Assembly: GCA_944392445.1 (NCBI GenBank)
Contig: CALXWT010000001.1
Coordinates: 12,630-76,629 of the forward strand
Length of the DNA: 64,000 nucleotides
Source: an uncultured Clostridia bacterium
GTDB lineage: Bacteria; Bacillota; Clostridia; TANB77; CAG-508
Reading direction: 5' to 3'
A program made the position numbers and the translations under genes. Shown here piece by piece: positions 9,333 through 20,251 of this stretch (the first letter of the stretch is position 1; every line of letters begins with the position of its first letter). The notes under the pieces are model-generated. The model was not told the origin of the DNA. It saw only the letters and a program-made list of their open reading frames with translations, and did not search any database.

Positions 9333-11321
9333 ATGGAAGATTTAGTTGAGAGTATTTTAGACTATATTAGATCAGACTATACAGATTATGCCATAATGAT
9401 AAATGGTGAGTGGGGAAGTGGAAAAACTTATTTCTGGAATAATAAAATTAGACCCAAGATAGAATCAATGCAATTAAATGGAAAAAGATATACTGCAATA
9501 TATATGTCTTTATATGGAATATCAAACCTAGAAGAAATAAGCAAAAAAATATTTATTGAAACTACCCAACTTATGGATAAAAACTTAAAAAAGTTTATGG
9601 ATGCAAGTGGAGTAAAAAACATACCAGAATATGCTAAAACAGGTCTGGATATGGCAAACTTTTTTGGAGTTACACAAAATGGAGATAGAATAGATTATGG
9701 ACAATTTTTCTCTACAGATGATAAAGTTTTATGCTTTGACGATTTAGAGAGAGCAAATGTAGATGTTATTGATATTTTAGGTTATATCAATAACTTTGTT
9801 GAACATGATCATATAAAAACGATAATTATATGTAATGAAAAGGAACTATCTACAAAATTAAAAAATAGTAACCTAGAAATGAAAACATTTATTGCAACAT
9901 ATCTTCTAGATAAGGAAAATAAGCTTAATATAAAAACTGACAAGCCAATGGTTGAAAGAATTCGTGATACCATCGAATATGTTTTTGATAAAGCAAATGA
10001 CTATGAAAGAATTAAAGAAAAGTTAATTGGTGAAACCTTTGAGTATGCACCAGAGTTTACTTATATAATAAACGGGCTTTTAATGAGGTATGAAAATTGT
10101 CCAGACTTAATAAGATTTTTAAGAGAAAATACTAACCTTATTATTTCTACATTCAATAAGAGTGGAACTAGAAACTTAAGAATTTTAAAGCACTCACTAA
10201 CAAATTTTAAGAAAATTTTTGATGAGGTAAATAAGTCATATCCAAATACAAATCATAGAGTATTACAAACAATGCTAATATTTACAATTGCAATATCTTT
10301 TGAAATTAAAGCAGGTAAAATTACAAAGGATAAATTTGTAAATATCAATGATAATGAAGAATACAAAGCTATACTTGTTTCTTCAAGAGTATTTATGGAT
10401 AATAGACAATTCTATATAAAAGAATTTGATAATAATTATTACTATAACTTCAAAGCTGAATATAGATTTTTTAAATTTATAGAACTATATGTACGTACAC
10501 GTATATTCGATATGAAAGTATTTAAAAGAGATATGGAAGCAATAATAAATACAGTAGATACGGATAAACTACCAGGCTATAAAAGACTTCTTACAGAAGA
10601 GTATTGGAAAATATCTGATGACCAATTTAGTGGAGTGGTAACAGAAGTGTTGGACGACGTAAAAAATGGACGCATAGAACTTATTAATGTAGTAAAACTA
10701 TTTGCATACTTTGCCCATTTTGTTAGAAAAGGACTTATAGACTATGATATGAGGACGATTAAAAGTGTTTTCTTAAATGGAATGAATATATCATCATTAA
10801 CTTCAAGCTATTGCCCTAACGTAGAGGAGGAACTTGCAAGTTTAGCAATAGAAGAGGATAAATCTGCTGATATGGAAGAAATTCTAAATCATTTTGACAA
10901 TATAAATGCACAATTGGAAGATAAGATGTATAAAGAAAAAGCAGAAGAAGTATTTAAATATATACCAATGAAAATGGAACAATTTTACGATAAATTTGAT
11001 AAAGAATGTATGCAAGTTCCAATATTTAAATATTATGATGTATTCCAAATGTTCCAAAGAATATCATGCGCAAGTAATGAAGACATAGTAACAATAAAAG
11101 AAAAACTAATGGATAGAGCAAAAAGATTTGGGGAACAATTACAAGATGAATTACCAAATTTGAAAAAGCTAAAACAAGTAATGGATGATTATATAGATGG
11201 AAAACAACCAACAATAAAATTAGTTATACTTCAAGATTTTGCAGATGAACTTGGAAATGTAATAAAGGAATATAAAACAGAACAAGGAAGCCAAGTAGAA
11301 CAAGTTGAAATTACTGAGTAA
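9333..11321 (+). CDS. KAP-family-like P-loop NTPase (solitary)
   Basis: 662 aa. Walker A GEWGSGKTYFWN and Walker B LCFDDLERA, followed by a long helical C-terminal region. No obvious partner genes. Confidence 0.65.
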   Translation: MEDLVESILDYIRSDYTDYAIMINGEWGSGKTYFWNNKIRPKIESMQLNGKRYTAIYMSLYGISNLEEISKKIFIETTQLMDKNLKKFMDASGVKNIPEYAKTGLDMANFFGVTQNGDRIDYGQFFSTDDKVLCFDDLERANVDVIDILGYINNFVEHDHIKTIIICNEKELSTKLKNSNLEMKTFIATYLLDKENKLNIKTDKPMVERIRDTIEYVFDKANDYERIKEKLIGETFEYAPEFTYIINGLLMRYENCPDLIRFLRENTNLIISTFNKSGTRNLRILKHSLTNFKKIFDEVNKSYPNTNHRVLQTMLIFTIAISFEIKAGKITKDKFVNINDNEEYKAILVSSRVFMDNRQFYIKEFDNNYYYNFKAEYRFFKFIELYVRTRIFDMKVFKRDMEAIINTVDTDKLPGYKRLLTEEYWKISDDQFSGVVTEVLDDVKNGRIELINVVKLFAYFAHFVRKGLIDYDMRTIKSVFLNGMNISSLTSSYCPNVEEELASLAIEEDKSADMEEILNHFDNINAQLEDKMYKEKAEEVFKYIPMKMEQFYDKFDKECMQVPIFKYYDVFQMFQRISCASNEDIVTIKEKLMDRAKRFGEQLQDELPNLKKLKQVMDDYIDGKQPTIKLVILQDFADELGNVIKEYKTEQGSQVEQVEITE

Positions 11322-11327
11322 TGAATC

Positions 11328-11435
11328 GTGGACAAAAGGGACACTCCTTTTTGTCCACACTTTAAAATTATACATAATTTACTATTTATGATAGCATAGT
11401 AACTGTGGACAAAAAAGAGTGTCTCTTTTGTTCAC
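11328..11435. repeat. inverted doublet of GTGGACAAA...TTTGTCCAC hairpins (REPIN-like)
   Basis: GTGGACAAAAGGGACACTCCTTTTTGTCCAC (11328-11358) and GTGGACAAAAAAGAGTGTCTCTTTTGTTCAC (11405-11435). The second is the reverse-complement form, and a 46-bp AT-rich spacer separates them. Confidence 0.85.
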
Positions 11436-11510
11436 GATAAAAAAACTTGAATAAAATTTTCCTCTTTTGTAATAATAAGAATAGACATAAAATTTAAAAG
11501 GAGGAAAATT

Positions 11511-12065
11511 ATGAAAGCAACAGGTGTTGTAAGAAGAATAGATGATTTAGGCAGAGTAGTTATACCAAAAGAAATACGTAAAACTCTAAGAATAAAAGAA
11601 GGAGACCCTTTAGAAATATTTACTGATAAAGAAGGAGAAGTTATACTAAAAAAATATTCACCTATAGGTGAACTTTCAGAATTTGCAACTGAGTACGCAG
11701 AAACGCTTGCTAAAACTACTGGACATATTGCCTGCATTACAGATAGAGATACTGTAATTGCCGTATCTGGTGGACCTAAAAAAGAATTTTTAGAACAAGG
11801 CATAAGTGATGAATTAGAAAAAATAATGGAAGACAAAGAAAAATATACTAGCAAGGAAAATAATGATATGTCAGTGCCTATTACTAAAAATGACAATAAA
11901 GAAAGAAAATTTAACTCACAGGTAGTATACCCAATAATATCAGATGGAGATACAATAGGGACAGTAATTCTTTTGGCAAAGGACAAAGGAACAAAAATGA
12001 CAGAGGTAGAGCAGAAAGTTGTACAATCAGCAGCAACTTTTTTAGGAAGACAAATGGAAATATAA
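11511..12065 (+). CDS. spoVT: stage V sporulation protein T (AbrB-family regulator with GAF-like C-domain)
   Basis: MKATGVVRRIDDLGRVVIPKEIRKTLRIKEGDPLEIF is a SpoVT/AbrB swapped-hairpin N-domain. The 184 aa length matches SpoVT. Confidence 0.9.
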   Translation: MKATGVVRRIDDLGRVVIPKEIRKTLRIKEGDPLEIFTDKEGEVILKKYSPIGELSEFATEYAETLAKTTGHIACITDRDTVIAVSGGPKKEFLEQGISDELEKIMEDKEKYTSKENNDMSVPITKNDNKERKFNSQVVYPIISDGDTIGTVILLAKDKGTKMTEVEQKVVQSAATFLGRQMEI

Positions 12066-12070
12066 TCGTA

Positions 12071-12109
12071 TGTAACATTTCTGTAACAAACATGTAACGA
12101 AAATGTAAC
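12071..12109. promoter_or_regulatory. four TGTAAC repeats at exact 11-bp spacing
   Basis: TGTAAC at 12071, 12082, 12093 and 12104. Confidence 0.5.
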
Positions 12110-12186
12110 AAAATTCTAAAAAGCTTAGAAATAGAGCGTTACAGAGAATTTTAAACTGAAAAATCTAAAATACAGAAAAAAATCAC

Positions 12187-12215
12187 TTGATTTATAAAAA
12201 AAAATGTAGTATAAA
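12187..12215 (+). promoter_or_regulatory. sigma-A-type promoter for the 12260 ORF
   Basis: TTGATT, 17-nt spacer, TATAAA. Confidence 0.5.
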
Positions 12216-12259
12216 TAAGATAATAATTATTATTTAGACCACGAAGGAGGAAATTAATT

Positions 12260-12517
12260 ATGGATAATCGTGTAAATTCAAACAATTTACCAACAGAAGT
12301 AAGTGTATGGACAAAAATAAGAAATTTTTTATGCCAAGATATAAGTTTTGAATTAACACCAAAGCAAGAAAAAGTTTTTCAAGAAGTACATGATTTTTGG
12401 ACACAAGAAATTACAGGAGAAAAGGTTCATGATTTCTTATTCTATGAAGTAACAGGGGAAAAAGTAAAAAACTTTTTATTTAAAGAAATAGAAATTACAG
12501 ATGATGTTGAATTATAA
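12260..12517 (+). CDS. small hypothetical protein with 13-aa tandem repeats
   Basis: 85 aa with strong RBS GAAGGAGG and its own promoter and terminator. Repeats: EITGEKVHDFLFY / EVTGEKVKNFLFK. Confidence 0.55.
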   Translation: MDNRVNSNNLPTEVSVWTKIRNFLCQDISFELTPKQEKVFQEVHDFWTQEITGEKVHDFLFYEVTGEKVKNFLFKEIEITDDVEL

Positions 12518-12518
12518 T

Positions 12519-12558
12519 AAAGAAGCACAATAAGTAGTAAACTGACTTGTGCTTCTTT
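12519..12558 (+). terminator. hairpin terminator
   Basis: 12-bp stem AAAGAAGCACAA/TTGTGCTTCTTT followed by ACATTTT. Confidence 0.5.
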
Positions 12559-12600
12559 ACATTTTGATTGTAAAATAAATGTAAAATAATAAATAAACAC

Positions 12601-12627
12601 TTGAAAATTATGAAAAATTGATATAAA
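12601..12627 (+). promoter_or_regulatory. possible extended -10 promoter of the gap operon
   Basis: TTGAAA, 15-nt spacer, TGATATAAA (TGN-extended -10). The spacer is short. Confidence 0.35.
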
Positions 12628-12652
12628 ATGATTGTGTTTAGGTAATAATTAA

Positions 12653-13696
<1,044 letters not shown>

Positions 13697-13726
13697 AAAT
13701 TGTAGTAATTTTGTTTGGAATAAAAG

Positions 13727-13918
13727 TAGAGGCTAGAATAATATTAAAAATATTTTCGAATATGTCGGTCAAGCTGATTTTTACACTAATTCTAACGAAA
13801 TTTTTGCAGCGCCCTCAAAAAATTCGAGATTCCCTACAAAAATTTCTTAAGAATTAGTATGTTCAAATCACATTCCATTCCATATTCTCGAATATTTTAA
13901 ATATCATCCTAGCCTCTA
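13727..13918. repeat. ~190-bp imperfect palindrome filling the gap-pgk spacer
   Basis: Outer arms are TAGAGGCTAGAATAATATTAAAAATATTTTCGAATATG and CATATTCTCGAATATTTTAAATATCATCCTAGCCTCTA. Inner complementary arms surround a CG-containing apex. Confidence 0.8.
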
Positions 13919-13942
13919 TAAATATAGAAAGGATGATTATTA

Positions 13943-15259
13943 ATGAATAAGAAAACAGTAAGAGATGTTGATGTTAAAGGAAAAAAAGTGCTAGTAAGAT
14001 GTGATTTTAATGTACCTTTAAAAGATGGAAAAATAACAGATAACACAAGAATAACAGCTGCACTTCCAACAATAGAATATTTAAGAGATAATGGAGCAAA
14101 AGTTATACTATGCTCACACTTAGGAAGACCAAAGGGAGAAGTTAAAGAAGAATATTCTTTAAAACCAGTAGCAGAAGAATTAAAAGATTTACTAGATACA
14201 GATGTTAAATTTGCAAGTGATGTTACAGGAGAAAGTGCAAAAAGTGTTACCAATAGCCTAACTGATGGTGATGTTGCCCTATTAGAAAACGTTAGATTTG
14301 ACCCAAGAGAAGAACAAAATGATGATACAATGGCGATGGAACTTGCAAATCTTTCAGATGGAATCTATGTAAATGATGCTTTTGGAGCAGCACATAGAGC
14401 ACATAGCTCTACAGAGGGTGTAGCTCATCATGTAGATGAAGCAGTAGAAGGATTTTTAATGGAAAAAGAAGTTAAGTTCTTAAATGGAACTCTAGAGGAT
14501 CCAGAAAAACCATTTGTAGCAATACTAGGTGGAGCAAAAGTATCTGATAAAATAGGAGTTATAGAAAACTTACTTGATAAAGTAGACGAAATCTTAATTG
14601 GTGGAGGAATGGCATATACATTCTTAAAAGCACAAGGACATGAAATTGGAGATTCATTATGCGAAGAAGATAAAATAGAAGAAGCTAAAAAAATAATGAA
14701 TAAGGCAAAACTTGCAGGTGTAAAAATAGTTCTTCCAGAAGATACTGTAGTTGCACCAAAACAACCAGAGCCAGAAGAAGAATTAGACAAAAAAGCAAAA
14801 CAAAAAGCATTTATAAGCTTCTTAGAAACAGCACCAGATAAAGTTGTAAATTCAAACGAAATTCCAGCTGGATGGCAAGGATGCGATATTGGCCCAAAAA
14901 CAGCTAGAACATTTGCAAACGAATTACAAGATAAAAAGACAATACTTTGGAACGGACCACTTGGAATATGCGAAGTAGAAAAGTTTAGTATTGGAACAGA
15001 AAGAGTTGCAGAAGCAATAGCAGCTACAAAATCTATATCTATAGTAGGTGGAGGAGACTCTGTAGCAGCAATTAAAAAGTTACATTTAGAGGATAACTTT
15101 TCTCATATTTCAACAGGTGGAGGAGCTTCACTTGAACTATTAGAGGGTAAGGTATTACCAGGAATTGCATGCTTAACTGATAAACCAGAAAAAGAAAAAA
15201 CAGATGGTAATGATATGGACGTGGACAAAGGGGACACTCCTATTTGTCCACAAAGATAG
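13943..15259 (+). CDS. pgk: phosphoglycerate kinase (with internal insertion and ~25-30 aa C-terminal extension)
   Basis: Conserved PGK motifs (VLVRCDFNVP, GGGDS, STGGGASLE). It is 438 aa against the usual ~395-400. The tail DVDKGDTPICPQR is encoded by the hairpin repeat at 15221. Confidence 0.95.
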   Translation: MNKKTVRDVDVKGKKVLVRCDFNVPLKDGKITDNTRITAALPTIEYLRDNGAKVILCSHLGRPKGEVKEEYSLKPVAEELKDLLDTDVKFASDVTGESAKSVTNSLTDGDVALLENVRFDPREEQNDDTMAMELANLSDGIYVNDAFGAAHRAHSSTEGVAHHVDEAVEGFLMEKEVKFLNGTLEDPEKPFVAILGGAKVSDKIGVIENLLDKVDEILIGGGMAYTFLKAQGHEIGDSLCEEDKIEEAKKIMNKAKLAGVKIVLPEDTVVAPKQPEPEEELDKKAKQKAFISFLETAPDKVVNSNEIPAGWQGCDIGPKTARTFANELQDKKTILWNGPLGICEVEKFSIGTERVAEAIAATKSISIVGGGDSVAAIKKLHLEDNFSHISTGGGASLELLEGKVLPGIACLTDKPEKEKTDGNDMDVDKGDTPICPQR

Positions 15260-15325
15260 AAAATTTATATAAATAATATAATGGTATTAAAGCGTGGACA
15301 AAAGGCAGTAGTCCCCTTTGTCCAC
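15221..15325. repeat. inverted doublet of GTGGACAAA...TTTGTCCAC hairpins
   Basis: GTGGACAAAGGGGACACTCCTATTTGTCCAC (15221-15251) and GTGGACAAAAGGCAGTAGTCCCCTTTGTCCAC (15294-15325, inverted form), with a 42-bp AT spacer. Confidence 0.85.
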
Positions 15326-15346
15326 GTTTTGTTAGGAGAGAATTTT

Positions 15347-16099
15347 ATGAGAAAAAAAGTGATTGCAGGAAACTGGAAAATGAATATGCTACCTGATGCT
15401 GCTATAAGATTTATTGATGAATTAACACCTCTAGTAAAAGATGCTGAAAGCGAAGTAATACTATGTGTACCTTATATAGATTTGTTTTATGCATTGCTTA
15501 CAGCACAAAACACAAACATCAAAATAGGTGCGCAAAATATGCACTGGGAAGAAAGTGGTGCATATACGGGAGAAGTTTCTGGACAAATGCTAAAAGCTAT
15601 AGGAGTAGAATATGTAATAATAGGACACTCTGAAAGAAGGCAGTATTTTGCAGAAACAGATGAGACTGTAAACAAAAAATTAAAATCAGCATTTAAATAT
15701 GGGCTAAAACCTATTGTATGTGTAGGCGAAACTCTAGAAGAAAGAGAAGCTGGAAAAGCAGAGGAGATAATAACTTCTCAAACAGAAAAAGCATTAGCAG
15801 GTCTAACAGAAGAGCAAGTTGCAAACACTATAATTGCGTATGAACCAATCTGGGCAATAGGAACAGGAAAAACAGCTACATCAGAAGATGCAAACAATGC
15901 TGTAAAATCAATAAGAAACAAAATATCAAATATGTATGGACAAATGGTATCAGAAAGAGTTATAATACAGTATGGTGGAAGTGTAAAAGCTTCAAATGCC
16001 AAAGAACTATTTACTATGTCTGACATAGACGGAGGACTAGTAGGAGGAGCAAGTTTAAAATCAGAAGAATTTGCTAAAATTGTAAATTATAATAAGTAA
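15347..16099 (+). CDS. tpiA: triosephosphate isomerase
   Basis: MRKKVIAGNWKMN..., IIGHSERR, AYEPIWAIGTG. ATG 15347 follows AGGAGA; the track ORF N-terminus overlaps the hairpin repeat. Confidence 0.95.
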   Translation: MRKKVIAGNWKMNMLPDAAIRFIDELTPLVKDAESEVILCVPYIDLFYALLTAQNTNIKIGAQNMHWEESGAYTGEVSGQMLKAIGVEYVIIGHSERRQYFAETDETVNKKLKSAFKYGLKPIVCVGETLEEREAGKAEEIITSQTEKALAGLTEEQVANTIIAYEPIWAIGTGKTATSEDANNAVKSIRNKISNMYGQMVSERVIIQYGGSVKASNAKELFTMSDIDGGLVGGASLKSEEFAKIVNYNK

Positions 16100-16243
16100 A
16101 ATTATAAATTCTATATAAGTTCGTTTTGACTCTGTAGCATGGCTATATTGTTTTCTCTAAGTATTTGAATAAAATATAGTATCACCATATGGAACTACGT
16201 AAGGAGCATATGTGGAAATTATAATTTAGAAAGGAATAGGAAA

Positions 16244-17773
16244 ATGGACAAAAAAGTTACAATGTTAATGATATTAGATGGATTTGGAATAAACGAAAAC
16301 ACACAGGCAAATGCTGTAGCGATGGCCAATACACCTAATATAGATAAACTAATGAAAACATGCCCAACTACAAAAATGTATACTAGTGGTTTAAATGTTG
16401 GTTTACCAGATGGACAAATGGGAAATTCAGAAGTTGGACATACTAATATTGGAGCAGGAAGAATTGTATACCAAGAACTAACAAGAATAACAAAATCTAT
16501 AGAAGATGGAGATTTTTTTAGTAATCCAGAATTAGTAGAGGCAATAGAAAATTGTAAAAAACATAATTCTAAATTACACATTTTAGGATTATTATCTGAT
16601 GGAGGAGTGCATAGTCATAATCGTCATTTATATGCTATATTAGAACTAGCCAAAAGAAAAGACTTTGAAAATGTATATGTGCATTGTTTTATGGACGGAA
16701 GAGATACACCACCTACTTCAGGAGAAAGCTATATAATGAATCTTGAAGAAAAAATGAAAGAAAAAGGTGTAGGAAAAATAGCAAGTATCTCAGGTAGATT
16801 CTATGCAATGGATAGGGATAAAAGATGGAACAGAGTTCAAAAGGCATATAATGCAATTGTAAACGGAGATGGAATCAAGGCTACATCTGCAATATCTGCT
16901 ATTGAAAGCTCATATCAAAAAGAAGTATTTGATGAATTTGTTGAGCCAACAGTAATATGCCAAAACAATGAGCCAATAGCAAAAATAGAAGAAAATGACT
17001 CTGTAATATTCTTTAATTTTAGACCAGATAGAGCAAGAGAATTAACAAGAGCAATAGTAGATAAAGACTTTAATGAATTTGAAACTAAAAAAATGGATTT
17101 GGATTATGTATGCTTTACACAATATGACGAAACAATGCCAAATGTAAAAATAGCATTCAAACCAGAAACATTAAAAAATACTTTTGGAGAATATATAAGC
17201 AAAAAAGGACTAACACAACTAAGAATTGCCGAAACAGAAAAGTATGCTCATGTTACTTTCTTCTTTAATGGAGGAGAAGAAAAACAATATCCAGGAGAAG
17301 ATAGAATATTAGTTCCATCACCAAAAGTTGAAACTTATGACTTAAAACCAGAAATGAGTGCATTCGAAGTAACAGACAGAGTATTAGAAGCAATTAACTC
17401 AAGAAAATATGATTGCATAATTCTAAATTATGCTAACCCAGATATGGTAGGACACACAGGAAGCTTAGAAGCTGCAATTAAAGCAGTAGAAACAATAGAC
17501 GAATGCGTTGGAAAAGTAGTAGAAGCAATAAGAAAAAATGATGGTGTAATGTTAATTACAGCAGACCATGGAAATTGCGAGCAAATGCTAGACTATAAAA
17601 CAGGAGAGCCACATACAGCACATACTACAAACCCAGTACCACTTATACTAGTAGGAAAAGATGACGCAAAATTAAAAGAAGGAAAACTTGCAGATTTAGC
17701 TCCAACAATGTTAGAACTTATGGGATTAGAAAAACCAGAGGAGATGACAGGAGAGAGTATTATAGTAAAATAA
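16244..17773 (+). CDS. gpmI: 2,3-bisphosphoglycerate-independent phosphoglycerate mutase
   Basis: 509 aa; LMILDGFG, GNSEVGHTNIGAGR, ADHGN. Confidence 0.96.
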   Translation: MDKKVTMLMILDGFGINENTQANAVAMANTPNIDKLMKTCPTTKMYTSGLNVGLPDGQMGNSEVGHTNIGAGRIVYQELTRITKSIEDGDFFSNPELVEAIENCKKHNSKLHILGLLSDGGVHSHNRHLYAILELAKRKDFENVYVHCFMDGRDTPPTSGESYIMNLEEKMKEKGVGKIASISGRFYAMDRDKRWNRVQKAYNAIVNGDGIKATSAISAIESSYQKEVFDEFVEPTVICQNNEPIAKIEENDSVIFFNFRPDRARELTRAIVDKDFNEFETKKMDLDYVCFTQYDETMPNVKIAFKPETLKNTFGEYISKKGLTQLRIAETEKYAHVTFFFNGGEEKQYPGEDRILVPSPKVETYDLKPEMSAFEVTDRVLEAINSRKYDCIILNYANPDMVGHTGSLEAAIKAVETIDECVGKVVEAIRKNDGVMLITADHGNCEQMLDYKTGEPHTAHTTNPVPLILVGKDDAKLKEGKLADLAPTMLELMGLEKPEEMTGESIIVK

Positions 17774-17795
17774 ATAGAAAAGACTGGAGGAATAT

Positions 17796-18602
17796 ATGAT
17801 ACAAAATTCAGAGATAAGAAAGGTATACTCTGAATTACAGAAACAATTATTTTATCTAATACCAGAAAAATGGGATAGAATATACTTATATGCTTCTGTA
17901 GAAGAGAAAATGGAGGGACTAGAAACAGGAGAATTGTTCTTTTACTACTTCCCAAGAGGAATCTTAAAAAAGAATCCTGTAAATGTTTATGAAATACCAA
18001 ATAAATTTAGCCTAAATGAAGAAGAATACATACAATTAGTAGGGAAATTATATGCTCAAATAAAAAAAATATGGGAAATATTTAAAAAAGAGAAGCATAG
18101 ATTATGGACAAGTGTAACAATAAGAATAGAAGGCTTAAAATTTGAAATAGAATATAATTATGAAAAAATTAATTATAAAGAATATTCTAATATGGATAGG
18201 CACATTATATGGAAATACAACAACTTAGGATTACCAGACGAAGCCTTTACACGTAAAGAAAGAAAGCTCATAAGAAACTATGTTAATGAAACCATATATT
18301 TTAGGCCAGATATAGAAAAATACTCAGAAGCAATATATAAAAATCCAGTCAAAAAAATAGTTGACTATAATAGGGAAAGAAGAGAACAGGAATATATTCC
18401 TGAAACAGAAATGCAAAAATTAGAAAAGCAAACTAAAAATAAATTTGAACAACAACACTATACTTATAAAATACAAGAAAGAAAAAAACTCAAAAATTTG
18501 TTAAAAGATAAAGAAGAAAAGTCAAGTAAACCCAAAACTTATGTGGAGCAAATTGAAGAGCAGAGGAATAGTGTTAAGAGTCAGATTTTAAAACACATCT
18601 GA
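17796..18602 (+). CDS. EsaG/YezG (DUF600)-like immunity protein with Lys-rich C-terminal extension
   Basis: KVYSELQKQLFYLIPEKWDRIYLYASVEE...GELFFYYFP...WTSVTIRIEGLKFEIEYNY...WKYNNLGLPDE follows my recollection of the EsaG/YezG pattern. Needs an HMM check. Confidence 0.55.
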   Translation: MIQNSEIRKVYSELQKQLFYLIPEKWDRIYLYASVEEKMEGLETGELFFYYFPRGILKKNPVNVYEIPNKFSLNEEEYIQLVGKLYAQIKKIWEIFKKEKHRLWTSVTIRIEGLKFEIEYNYEKINYKEYSNMDRHIIWKYNNLGLPDEAFTRKERKLIRNYVNETIYFRPDIEKYSEAIYKNPVKKIVDYNRERREQEYIPETEMQKLEKQTKNKFEQQHYTYKIQERKKLKNLLKDKEEKSSKPKTYVEQIEEQRNSVKSQILKHI

Positions 18603-18725
18603 GTTGCAAAGATAATCATCATTTGACTGCGTTAAATTATTTATAAATTTATTCAACGTACACGGAGTACGCCTCATAAATTTATAAATAATTATGCCTT
18701 GTCAAATAACAATTCTCTTTGTAAC
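18603..18725. repeat. ~120-bp palindrome
   Basis: About 50-bp arms: GTTGCAAAGATAATCATCATTTGACTGCGTTAAATTATTTATAAATTTAT and its near-complement. CG-rich apex: CAACGTACACGGAGTACGCCTC. Confidence 0.8.
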
Positions 18726-18760
18726 AGCGAGTGAGAGTGATTTTTTCGATGTATAAAAAT

Positions 18761-18863
18761 AAGGCAAAAGAGTGCATAATAAAAATTTTATTTGCATTCC
18801 TCGGCTCAATACGAAGGTACATTTCGTCATTTAATAAAATTTTTATTATGCACTCTTTTGCCT
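18761..18863. repeat. ~100-bp palindrome
   Basis: Arms AAGGCAAAAGAGTGCATAATAAAAATTTTATT / AATAAAATTTTTATTATGCACTCTTTTGCCT around a CG-containing apex. Confidence 0.8.
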
Positions 18864-18879
18864 ATAAATTCTAATATAA

Positions 18880-20205
<1,326 letters not shown>

Positions 20206-20214
20206 TAAAATAAT

Positions 20215-20245
20215 GTGGACAAAAGGGACACTCCTATTTGTCCAC
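20215..20245. repeat. single GTGGACAAA...TTTGTCCAC hairpin
   Basis: GTGGACAAAAGGGACACTCCTATTTGTCCAC, lying between eno and the tRNA. Confidence 0.85.
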
Positions 20246-20251
20246 ACACAT

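Noticed and set aside
15281-15346. N-terminal 22 codons of the tpiA track ORF; likewise 1122-1151 (infA), 28048-28053 (rsmD), 35001-35018 (GH15), 37192-37209 (rayT), 47142-47159 (tadA-like) and 42958-42978 (truA)
   Set aside because: Internal starts have better RBS spacing and match conserved protein N-termini. The tpiA extension overlaps the hairpin repeat.
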